Source: Minutocellus sp. GHC0000111 (taxonomy: Eukaryota). Taken from it: a stretch of DNA of 64,000 bases. Shown in pieces: positions 33,965 through 44,700 of the stretch (its first letter is position 1; every line of letters starts with the position of its first letter). The stretch is from assembly GCA_977018835.1 (NCBI GenBank), contig OZ361260.1, positions 2,232,001-2,296,000 of the forward strand, written 5' to 3'. The position numbers and the translations under genes are program-made. The notes below the pieces were generated by a model. It searched no databases and was not told where the DNA came from. It saw nothing but the letters and a program-made list of their open reading frames with translations.

Positions 33965-36499
33965 ATGACTTCCGCTCCATCCATCCCCACCTCTTCCTCC
34001 TTCGATGCCGAGGAAAATGCATCTATTCTCAGCTCGGTCTTCAAGGAAAACCAGGTCTACCTCGGTGGAAGTGCCATCGGCAAGGGCTTCCGCCGATCGG
34101 CTCGCTACTACCTCCAAAGCATTGCCAGCGCCAATGCCGCCGGCATCGATGACGACGCCGAAAAACTCGGCCTTGAAGATTTTGGCATTGACGATGCGGA
34201 CCTGCCACCCGAGGACCCATTCTACGTGTTGGACCTCGGCGTAGTCATTTACCAGTACTACAACTGGTGCCGCCACTTCCCTCGCGTCCAACCCTACTAT
34301 GCCGTCAAGTGCAATCCGTAAGTTGATTTATTTCGTTTCTTGTCCCAATGCAATGCGCTGTGTGCAATTGACAATTGATTATCATGCACAAATGCATGTA
34401 TTGCATATGTGCATTTGCGTGTTGTACTGCTAGTACCTACTGTGATCATGTGGCTCCACAATGCAATACGCAATGCGCAATGTACAATTGATTCTCACAG
34501 ACAGTTGATTCTCTCTACTATATGCGCCCTTTATTATCGCTACTTTCAGCGATCCCGTCATTATCAAGACGCTGGCTCTTCTTGGCGCCAACTTCGATTG
34601 TGCCTCTCGCCAGGTGATCCGATTGGTCCGCGAGCAGACCAAGGACCTCCCACAGAAACCTGATATCATTTTCGCCAACCCCTGCAAGCCCCGTGCCCAC
34701 ATCGTCGAGGCTCTTCGTTCCGGCGTCAACCTGATGACCTTCGACAATGCCGAGGAAGTGCGCAAGTGTGCAGCCATCTCCAAGAAGATCAAGCTCGTCC
34801 TTCGTATCATTACTGACGACACTGGTGCCACCTCGCGCCTTTCGCTCAAGTTTGGAGCCCCTCGCTCGCATTGGCGCAATCTCTTGGCCACCGCCAAGGA
34901 GCACGGTGTCGAAGTTGTCGGCATTTCCTTCCATGTCGGCTCTGGTTGCAAGGACCCTCACAAGTATGATCTCGCTCTAAAGGACGCCAAGGAATTGATG
35001 GCCATGGCCAAGGATGATTTCGGTTTCAACATGTACCTGCTTGACATTGGCGGTGGCTTCCCTGGCGAGACTCACAGCCTGTGGAGTAAGTAGAGACGCA
35101 TATGTACTCTACCTCCAGTTGTGCAATTTTCATCGAATACCTTGCCCAATGCTCACACATATTGCTCTTTCTTCCCGCTTTCTTCTCTACTGGTATCATT
35201 TTCACAGACCCCGAGCTTCGAGATGCGGCCAACGAGGAGGATCAGGAAGACGATGAAGAAGATGAGGAGGACGCCACTGAGGAGAAGAAGGACGAATCGG
35301 ATCCTGGCTCATCTGATGGAGACTCGTCCGAGCACCCTGTCCTATTCTTCAACGAGATCGCAGAGCACGTTGCTCCCGTCCTGGACGACCTCTTTCCACC
35401 TTCCAGCGGAATCACCCTCATCGCCGAGCCCGGTCGCTACCTTGTCGCTTCTTGCGCTACCCTCCTTGTCAATGTCACATCCGTTCGCAAGAATACTCTG
35501 GGGGCGAACAACAAGGTCGAGCCCTACAATGATCGGGAGGTTGCTGAAGCTCTATACAGTCTATCGCGAAAGGAAGAGGGAGATATCGTCCACGCTCAGG
35601 GCGACTCCAACAATCTGCTCTTCCGCGATATGATGAAGGAGATGAAGCATGTGTCTCAGCGTTTTGCTCGTCAGAGTCTGGCCCAGCAAGAGGTCGACGT
35701 TTTCACCGATCGTCTCGATCTATCTGAGGCAATGAATCAGTCGATTGCATCGTTTGATGACCAGGACCATCCCATCTCCACCCTGCTCCCCCATTCCGAG
35801 GAAGATGCCAAGCGTCGAAATGCCGAGCATACCGCTGAGGGCATTTCTGCTGCCATCATCGATGAGTGCATTGAGGAAGAAGCCGAAGAGGGCAACGGCA
35901 ATTTTGAGGCCCAGAGAGATCGTGCCCAGAGTTCTGACTTCCAGGCATTGGCTTCGGCAGGTGAGGCTGCCCTCGCAGGTGCTGTCCTTGAGGCAGTCTC
36001 TTCAGTGATGCCCGGCGTGGACGACTATTCGTATTATTGCAACGATGGAGTATACGGCGCGTTCAACTGCATCATGTTCGACCACGCGGTTGTTCGGCCT
36101 CGTCTCCTCCGCAACCCCGCCATTGCCTGCCGCAGGAACAGCAATGCAGGTGCCAACGGCAAGCCCAGCCACAGGGTCCAGGCGTCTGTCTCAAAGGAAG
36201 GATTCAAGCGACTCGAATCCTCCGTTTCTGACAGCGACGAGGAAAATAGCAAGGATATCAACCTGTATAGCTCCACTATCTTCGGCCCTTCCTGCGACAG
36301 TATCGACGTCGTGGCACGTTCCGTCCTCCTTCCTAAGCTCAAGGTCGGAGATTGGTTGTATTTCCAGAACATGGGGGCCTACACTTCCGCAGCAGCCTCA
36401 TCGTTAAACGGATTTGATCCTAGCGCCAAGTTCTACGTCTGCTCGGTTCGTCCCGAGAACTTCGAGAAGATGATTGAGGGACCCGATGTGGAGGAGTAG
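33965..36499 (+). CDS. ODC: Ornithine decarboxylase (group IV PLP decarboxylase); exons 33965-34317, 34550-35085, 35208-36499
   Basis: PFYVLDLG, PYYAVKCNP (PLP Lys), FDCAS, IIFANPCK, KFGA, GISFHVGSG, LDIGGGFPG, IAEPGRY, YYCNDGVYGAFNC, FGPSCDSID, NMGAYT. Confidence 0.95.
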
Positions 36500-37017
36500 A
36501 TCTAGACTACGTCGTAGATCAATACAGAGAAGGTGGTTGGTTGCTCCAGCAGCAATGAATTTAATTAATTTGACAAAAGAGTCAAAAGAGAACGAGAAAG
36601 AGAGAAAAAAAATGATTTTATCCGAGCCAGGGTCTCCACTGTGTCCTGTGTCCGAACGGGAGTTTCGTTGCACATAAAAGGAATCTATTAAGAAGACCCT
36701 TTTGATTTACTTATTACTTGCCTTCAACAGTAGCTGCATCTACCGGTACAGTCCTTCATCAATGTTACCGGTGGAGTCGAGTCTACTCGATGAACAACCC
36801 AGACTGTGAATCTCGGTTGCAATCACTCCCTGAATTCAATGTTTGGGGCAAAAACGGGATTTTCCATTAGACTTCGCTTCCGATTCCGTTATGCAACGTC
36901 TGTCCATCATCAGTCCGATGACGCATCAAGCATGTTCTTTTCAACGGTGCCGGCATATCTCGGCCGGGAGGGATACCCACACGCCACCTACCGTACCCAA
37001 CGCAAAACCCTCGACCA

Positions 37018-40000
37018 TGAGGATCAGCCCGTTCGCCGCTAGCATGTTCCTCGTGTCGGCGACGCTGGGAGCATCGGCCCGTCGCGGCGTTGCTTCGGCG
37101 TTTGTCGCCCCTTCATCCTCGGCCACCTCAGCATCGGTCAGACGTCAGTTCGGTGGATCGGCTGCGGTTCTGGCCGCCGAGAAGAATGGCGGTGGCAATA
37201 AGCAGCAGCAGAAACAGAAGCAGGGCGGTAAGTTCTGGCTATAATGGTCTATGCTGCTTTGTATTGTGCATGAACGGGGGCGCAATGGAAAATGAACACG
37301 TGTTGTGTTGTTTGTGTTTTCTGATCATCTTCGCGTTCGCTCACGGACCACTTACGACATCACCATACATAAAATCGATAGGCAAGAAGCAGGGAGGCGG
37401 CGGAAAGAAGAAGGAGAAGAATGCCTATGCATCGACCATTATTCTCCCCGAGACTCCCTTCTCGCAGCGCGCCAACGCCGTCAAGCGCGAGCCGGAGCTG
37501 CAGGAATACTGGAAATCGATTGATCTGTACAACAAGCTCAGCGCCGACGCCGAGAAGGCCGGGGCCGAGCGATACGTCCTTCACGACGGCCCGCCGTACG
37601 CCAACGGAGACTTGCACATCGGTCATGCCCTCAACAAGCTCTTGAAGGATTTTATCAACCGTCACCAGGTCCTCCAGGGCAAGCAGGTACACTACGTTCC
37701 CGGCTGGGACTGTCACGGCCTTCCCATCGAACTCAAGGTGCTGCAGGGGATGAAATCCAAGGAGCGTCAGGGCCTTACCCCCATCAAGCTCCGTGAGCGC
37801 GCCGCTGAATTTGCCAAGGAAACCGTCGAAAAGCAAAGCGCCAGTTTCCAGCGATACGGTGTGTTCGGCGACTTCGACCACCCCTATCTGACTCTTCAAC
37901 CGGAGTTTGAGGCTGCCCAGATTGAGGTGTTTGGCGAAATGTTCAAGGCCGGATACATCTTCCGTGGTCGTAAGCCTGTGCACTGGTCTCCCTCGTCCCG
38001 AACAGCGTTGGCAGAGGCTGAGTTGGAGTATCCTGAGGGCCACGTTTCAAAGAGTATTTATGTTGCCTTTGAGGTCGACACACCATCGGAGAAACTCGTT
38101 CCGTATCATGGAGAGAAGAGCGACTACAGACTCAAGGTGGCTATCTGGACGACCACTCCCTGGACTATGCCGGCCAACCTGGCCGTAGCTGTCAATCCTG
38201 ACTTGGATTATTCCGTTGTTTACCACGAAAAGACCGGAAGACTTTTGGTTGCCTCGGATCTTGCCGAAACATTGGCGGTGAGTTGACATTCACCATTTGA
38301 TTGGCTTGGGTGGAAGAATCAGATTTTCTCACACTTTCTTCTGATTATTCCTTTCATTTTCCTTGTGTCCATCTCTGATCCAATAGAGCAAATTTGAGCT
38401 TCCTGAGGGCGAAACCTTTGATGTTCTCACCACCATGCCGGGCTCGGACATTGTTGGCACGTCGTACCAGCATCCTCTTTACCCTCGTACTTCTCCTGTT
38501 CTTGCCGGTGGTGATTACATCACCACCGAATCTGGTACTGGCCTCGTTCATACGGCTCCAGGTCATGGCCAGGAAGATTACCTCACAGGCCTCAAGAATG
38601 GCCTTGATCTGCTCAGTCCTGTCGATGATGTAGGAAAGTTCACAATTGAAGCGGGAGAAGAATTTGCTGGCATGTCGGTTCTTGGTGAGGGTAATCAGGC
38701 CATTGTTGACGCTTTGCAGGGTGTCGGTGCTTTGTTGAAGGCCGAGGATTACGGCCACAAGTATCCTTACGATTGGAGAACGAAAAAGCCGACCATTTTC
38801 CGTGCCACCGACCAATGGTTTGCGAGTGTTGAGGGCTTCCGTGATCAGGCCGTTGGAGCCATTGATACGGTGAGTAATAATCGAAGTCTCGAGAAAATTT
38901 CGCCTAGATTAGCTGTTGTGAGGACGGGCGAGTGAAGAAAACATCATATCCTGAGGGTCTGAGATGCAGCCACGCTGCATACTGCTGTTCAAATATGACA
39001 CGAGCTTTTTAACCCTGACGCCCCCCAAACAACGTTGTATGTATGTGCGTATTCATCGCCCTGTTTCTCTATCCAACTCACCTTTGCTTAACTTAATTTG
39101 CCATCTTACAACAGGTTCGCTGGGTGCCCGAGATTGGTAAGAATCGTATCAATTCTTTCGTCACCGGCCGAGGAGATTGGTGCATCTCGCGGCAACGTTC
39201 TTGGGGTGTCCCCATCCCTGTCTTTTACGACCGCGAGACTGGCAACGAGGTTCTTCTTGATGATGATACCTTGGCTCATATCAAGAGTGTCTTTGCTGAA
39301 CATGGTAGTAATGCATGGTGGACCATGGACGAAAAGGATTTGCTTCCGGACAAGTACAAGGCTGAAGCCGATAAGTGGAAGAAAGGTACCGACACTATGG
39401 ATGTTTGGTTCGATTCGGGTTCGAGCTGGGCCGGCGTTGCCAAGGGAAGAGATGAGTTGGCGTATCCTGCCGATCTCTACCTTGAGGGCAGCGACCAGCA
39501 TCGTGGATGGTTCCAGAGCAGTCTTCTTACGAGCGTTGCAGCCCAAGGTAAGGCGCCGTACAAGACAGTCCTCACGCATGGCTTTGTTCTGGATGAGAAG
39601 GGCTTCAAGATGTCCAAGTCGCTCGGCAACGTCGTCGATCCCTTGCAGGTGATCGAAGGAGGAAACAATAAGAAGCTTGAGCCGGCATATGGCGCCGATG
39701 TCCTTCGTTTGTGGGCAGCATCTGTGGATTACTCTGGCGACGTTTCCATCGGCTCCAACATTATCAAGCAGACCTTCGAGAGTTACCGAAAATTGCGAAA
39801 CACCGCTCGTTACATCCTCGGCAACTTGGCCGACTTTGTCCCCGAAGGGCAGGAGGGCAGCAACGCCGTTCCTTATGATGAACTGCCTTCGATGGATAAG
39901 TGGATGCTTGGTCGACTAAGCTCCGTCCTTCGCGAGGTGGATGAGGCCATGACCGAGTACCAATTCAATCGCGCTACACAGGAGCTTCTGAAATTTGCCA

Positions 40001-40758
40001 CCGCCGATCTGTCGAACTTTTACCTCGACGTAGCCAAGGATCGCCTGTACATTTCTGCCATTAGCGATGCCCGAAGAAGAAGTTGTCAAACTGTCCTCCA
40101 CGCAATCATCGAGGGATTCGCCAAGTCTATTGCCCCTGTCTTGCCGCACATGGCTGAGGATATTTGGCAGAATTTGCCGTATGAAAAGGCCACCGAGAGT
40201 GTCTTCGAGGGAGGTATTCCCAGCTCTTCGACTTCCTTCGAACCGGTCGATGAAGAGCAGTGGGCCCTTGTAAGAAACATCCGGGATGACGTCAACCAAA
40301 TGCTCGAAATCGCCAGAAACGACAAGCTCGTCGGCGCTTCTCTCGACGCGGCTGCCTTCGTGTATGCTCCCGACGAGGCAACCCGAGCCATCCTCGATAA
40401 GCTTGATGGCGACAGAGAACTAGTATCGCCGCCGGTAAAGACAAATGGCGTCGATGATCTTCGAACATCGCTCATGCTCTCCCAAGTGAATTTGGTGGAT
40501 TCCGAGGACGCCGTCTCTGAGGCATGCGAGGCAGTTTATGTTTCCAAGGGCGAGAAGAGTGGATGCACTGTCGGTGTTCGACAAGCAGAGGGTTCCAAAT
40601 GTGGCCGATGCTGGTTTTACGACGAGAAGGTGGGCAAGCTCGGCCTGCCTCATGCCGACCTCTGCCAACGATGCGACGACGCTATCTTTACTTGGGAGAA
40701 GGCCACTGGTAACAAGTTCTCAAAGGAAGAGGAGAAGGTAGAAGAGCCAGTCGCATAG
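37018..40758 (+). CDS. ileS: Isoleucine-tRNA ligase, bacterial-type, plastid-targeted (possibly dual-targeted); exons 37018-37227, 37382-38277, 38387-38869, 39115-40758
   Basis: LHDGPPYANGDLHIGH, PGWDCHGLPIE, WTTTPWT, GTGLVHTAPGHG, DWCISRQRSWGVPIP, KMSKS and a C-terminal CGRCW...CQRC zinc site. N-terminal signal peptide followed by ASAFVAP. Confidence 0.97.
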
Positions 40759-40820
40759 TAGATTACTAAGTTACACATCTTATTTTTGTACATTTGATCT
40801 TATTACGGATCTAGCTCTAG

Positions 40821-42176
40821 CTAGCGTTCTTTTGACTTTCCATGCCCCAGAGAAGAACCTTCGATCACTGCCCTTGCCGCAGCATCCGCGCTTGCAACAC
40901 AGCCGATAAAACTGGACTGAGTCATAAAATCGCCGGCAATAATCAGCCGCAGGTCTTTTCCCACAATGCATTGCCAAGCAGGCGACGGAGGATCGGAAAC
41001 AACCGCCTCCATGGGAGTAATCATCTGGGACGTGTGCCAAGGTATGCTCTTGGAGTAGAGGCGACAAGAAGCGATTTCATCTTCAGTTTTTCCGGTGAGT
41101 TTGCTCAAAGTTCGATCAAGAGAGTTACCGAGCGTATCGAGGTGGCCGGCTTGGCCATGAGCGACCAAAGCAATGACTGTATTGTTGTCATGACACGCTC
41201 TATCGGAAGATTTTCGATTTTGCCACGAAATATACTGTATCTCGTCGTCAACGTCTTCCACCATAATTTCAACTCTGTCGTGATCCTCAAAAGCCTTTGT
41301 TAAGTCTTCTTTTATCTCACCCGAGAAGAAATGTGCTTCGCAAACCCTTTCGTCGTAGCCCACATTATGAAATACATGCTGCGAAGCCTCTGATAAATTG
41401 TGAATTGCTCCTTGGACTCCCAGCACATCTGGGGCTGGTATGCACAATACTACGCAATCATAGCTCTCAGAATATGCTGTACTGGCATCGGCCTCGTCCT
41501 CGGTAAAGCGGCGAACAACGCCCTTCACAGAAACGGACGCATCGCTACTCTCAGTGTCAATGGAATCAATTCTCACCCCGAAGAATGGCTGAACGCCTGC
41601 CCAGTCCAACAACTTCTGCAACACACTGACCAAACCAGCAGGTGCGAAATAATGAATCCAAAGTCCTTCCCAAAGCATTCTTTCTTCGGTCTCCCCCAAT
41701 GCCTCATCTCGAGCCTGAGCAATTGTTCTTTGAGATATCAGCTTTTGAACGAGATCATCTGCGAGTTTGATATCCTTTACCTCAACACCATGCCCACCCA
41801 AGGCCCGATGATCCAAAGGGTTGATGGTAGACAAAACCTGAGCGCCAATGTCGGCAATGCAACCCTGATATGTGGCAGTAGCAGCGAACCGCCCAGCAGG
41901 ATACGTCGCCCTCTCCACCATTGTAATATCAACTGGTTTCCCACGGTCATTTGCACGCTGCCGTATCCGCAAGGCTGTGAGACAACCCGTCAGGCCCGAT
42001 CCAACGATGAGGACACGGTATGGTTCCTGGTTGGCTGGGGTTGGGGCGGCTGTGCTGTTATTCTCACAGGCGCATTTTTCGTGCGAATCCGAGAAAGTAG
42101 CATGATGAGTGAAAGAGACAGTAGCCACGGCCAGTGGGGCGATGCGAGATCTTGCTGCGTTTACCGCTTGGAACAT
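40821..42176 (-). CDS. Renalase-like FAD-dependent oxidoreductase
   Basis: Rossmann motif VLIVGSGLTG, ERATYPAGRFAA, DIGAQ, YDCVVLCIPAP and C-terminal IIAGDF. Confidence 0.8.
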   Translation of the reverse strand: MFQAVNAARSRIAPLAVATVSFTHHATFSDSHEKCACENNSTAAPTPANQEPYRVLIVGSGLTGCLTALRIRQRANDRGKPVDITMVERATYPAGRFAATATYQGCIADIGAQVLSTINPLDHRALGGHGVEVKDIKLADDLVQKLISQRTIAQARDEALGETEERMLWEGLWIHYFAPAGLVSVLQKLLDWAGVQPFFGVRIDSIDTESSDASVSVKGVVRRFTEDEADASTAYSESYDCVVLCIPAPDVLGVQGAIHNLSEASQHVFHNVGYDERVCEAHFFSGEIKEDLTKAFEDHDRVEIMVEDVDDEIQYISWQNRKSSDRACHDNNTVIALVAHGQAGHLDTLGNSLDRTLSKLTGKTEDEIASCRLYSKSIPWHTSQMITPMEAVVSDPPSPAWQCIVGKDLRLIIAGDFMTQSSFIGCVASADAAARAVIEGSSLGHGKSKER

Positions 42177-42353
42177 CCTTCAGCAGCCTTTCTTCCGACT
42201 ACCCCCTGTATCAATCCTCATCCCTCATCGCGTCGTGTCGTGGCGTCGTGTCGTCTGGAACTTTTGAGCAGTGGCCTTTCCGTCGACCGGTAATGGAATC
42301 TGGCTCGCCAAAAACACCCATTTGCTCGGAGAGCTACGGAATAAAACCCAACG

Positions 42354-42833
42354 ATGGAGACTCCTAGGAATCCCACGAGAAGAATAATAGCCGCCGCCCT
42401 CGTCTTCCTCGCCGTCGCTGCGTCTGTTCCGACAGTCGCAGCGGCTGGCGGCAATAGAAATGGCAGCCTTCGAAGGCAAGGTCAACAATCTGTAGCACAA
42501 ACATCCTAGAATGCGGCATTGACATCAGCAACGGCATCAACACGACGGAGACGAAAGTTGGAAGACGGAGGCGAAGCCGAGGCGTGGGCCGAGCAATATT
42601 TCGAGGAGGAGGCCGCCGAGGCTGAAGCAGCCGAAGCCGACGGCGAGGCAGTGTGGTTCGACGACGACAAGTACAAGGAGTACGAGATCGAAGGCCGGAA
42701 GAACTTTTGGAGCATGTTCAACAATCCCCCGGCCTCCTGGACGGCGACGCAGTGGGGCTTCTTCGCTGGCGTCCTCACGGTGTTCTCGATTGTGTTCTGC
42801 TGCATCGTCAAGGTGTTCTGTCCGTGCTGTTAG
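42354..42833 (+). CDS. Small single-pass membrane protein (signal peptide, RKL motif, acidic segment, C-terminal TM) interrupted by an in-frame TAG at 42507-42509
   Basis: METPRNPTRRIIAAALVFLAVAASVPTVAAA...QTS*NAALTSATASTRRRRKLEDGGEAEAW...QWGFFAGVLTVFSIVFCCIVKVFCPCC*. Both halves are in the same frame. Confidence 0.6.
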
Positions 42834-43460
42834 GTGGACGGTGGTTGTGAGGAGATGACGAGGAGGCATCGGTAGAAGATGCATTTTCTATTGGGAGCTT
42901 TTCCTACAATCATACTCTATGCGTCGAGAATACTTTTTGTGGTATTTGTCGAGACAGTTTGGTTTGTTCGCTAAGCGAGGATGGGCGATTCGAAGGAGAA
43001 ATCTAGAGCCTTCAAGAAGAGATTGTGCTTGGGAGTTGGCAACTATCTGTGAATTATATATATATTTTTGTTGTTGTTGTACATGTACGGCAGTTGTGAA
43101 GAAGAATCATCGATCGATCAATTGACGTTTACACCCATAAAGTCTAGCAAACGTGCTGTTGTACTTATGCGATAGCTGAATATTGACACGAATTCAGTTT
43201 CTACGTAGCACCGGTAGCTAGCTAGACCTACTACCAATGGTAGAAGTCAATGATCTGGAGGACTCACTCACGCTTGTTGGATGGACGGTGGGTCCGTCAC
43301 GCAGAAACTGCATCATTGTGACGAAAAAAAATCGAGAGTTTGCTACAGTGTACGCTAGCGCTCGGTGGCTCGGTGGTAATGGTCCGGCGCCAGTGCAGTG
43401 GTCCAGTCATTGGGTCCAGTGGTATCGCGATCGCATCGCAGCTCACTCCTGCCTGCTACA

Positions 43461-44447
43461 ATGGGTGATCTCGAGGAGTCGTTCCTGAAGAGCAACGTCC
43501 CCGGGCGGTACAGCGCCTGGGCAGACGATGACGGCGGCGGCGACAATGATGACACCGGCATTGACTCTGCTGCTGCCGCCGCCGCTGGTGTCAGCGAAGG
43601 GCCGGCCGCACTGAACCGCCTCGAGGCCCCAACCTCCAGCAACACCGGGGCCAAGGGGGTGCTGGCCGACCATCGCGCCGCCAAAGAGGAGGAGGCGTAT
43701 CGGCGGGAAATGGAGAAGAGGGAGACCGACGCCATACTGGATCGTGCCGTCCGAGGCGCAGCGATGGGGCCCGGCCAAGTGTCCATTTCGCAGGCTGCCA
43801 TGGAGGAACGGTGGAGGGCGGAGCGGATACGGGACAGGGAGGCGGAGCGTGATGGCGACAGTAGCGATGACGATGACGATGATGACGAATTCATGCGCAG
43901 CTATCGGCAGAAACGTCTTCTCGAGCTTCAAACTGCAGCCTCCTCCGCCTCAGCGTCAGCGTCAGCGTCAGTCTCTAGACCAGACTACAGCGAGGTGGAG
44001 GACGTGACGCCCATCCAATATGCCGAGGCGGTCAATGAGACCGACCCCTGCACTCTCCTCGTGGTCCATCTGTACGAACCGCACATTCCAGCCTGTGTGG
44101 ACGTCCACAACCATCTCGATACGCTGGCACGGTCTCACGCATGTGGTAGCGGTAGTTGTAGAAGTATCCGTTTCCTCCGGCTGAGAGCCACGGAGGCCAA
44201 ATCCGACATGGATCTGGTGGGATTGCCATCGATCCTGGTGTACCGCGGCGGGCAGTTGGTGCAAAATTGGACTCCGGTGACGCAGCATCTCCCCCCAAGG
44301 TTTATCGCCGAGGATTTGCAGACGCTGCTGTTGGATTCGTGTGGTTGGACTACTGCCGCGGCTGCGTCTACTGGGATTCCAAGGGGCGATTCATATGACT
44401 CTGACGATGCTGAGTTGGACGAGTACTGTGCCGACTTTGCAGAGTAA
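43461..44447 (+). CDS. Phosducin-like protein (thioredoxin fold)
   Basis: NTGAKGVLAD phosducin motif, FMRSYRQKRLLEL, LVVHLYEPHIPAC, LPSILVYRGGQLV. Confidence 0.9.
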   Translation: MGDLEESFLKSNVPGRYSAWADDDGGGDNDDTGIDSAAAAAAGVSEGPAALNRLEAPTSSNTGAKGVLADHRAAKEEEAYRREMEKRETDAILDRAVRGAAMGPGQVSISQAAMEERWRAERIRDREAERDGDSSDDDDDDDEFMRSYRQKRLLELQTAASSASASASASVSRPDYSEVEDVTPIQYAEAVNETDPCTLLVVHLYEPHIPACVDVHNHLDTLARSHACGSGSCRSIRFLRLRATEAKSDMDLVGLPSILVYRGGQLVQNWTPVTQHLPPRFIAEDLQTLLLDSCGWTTAAAASTGIPRGDSYDSDDAELDEYCADFAE

Positions 44448-44700
44448 CGAACATGGTGATGAAGAGAAATAAATGGGGACGCAATCAACGATTGATTGCG
44501 ATCGCACTTCATAGTAACTACGTAGTAGAATGGATACTGCGCCGGAATTTACAGACGCACAAAGCCTGAATATCCGTATCCAATTCTGTTGTCCTCTTTT
44601 GTATTTCTGTTCATTACTTTACAAATTGAGTTTTTGTAGTTTACACATTCGTTCAAAATCGCCGCAAAGCAAAATGCTGGCATGGTTTCCACCCAGCCTC

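Noticed and set aside
37018..40758. Bacterial-type IleRS as recent horizontal transfer or contamination
   Set aside because: It has three spliceosomal introns and a plastid-targeting pre-sequence, as expected for an organellar synthetase
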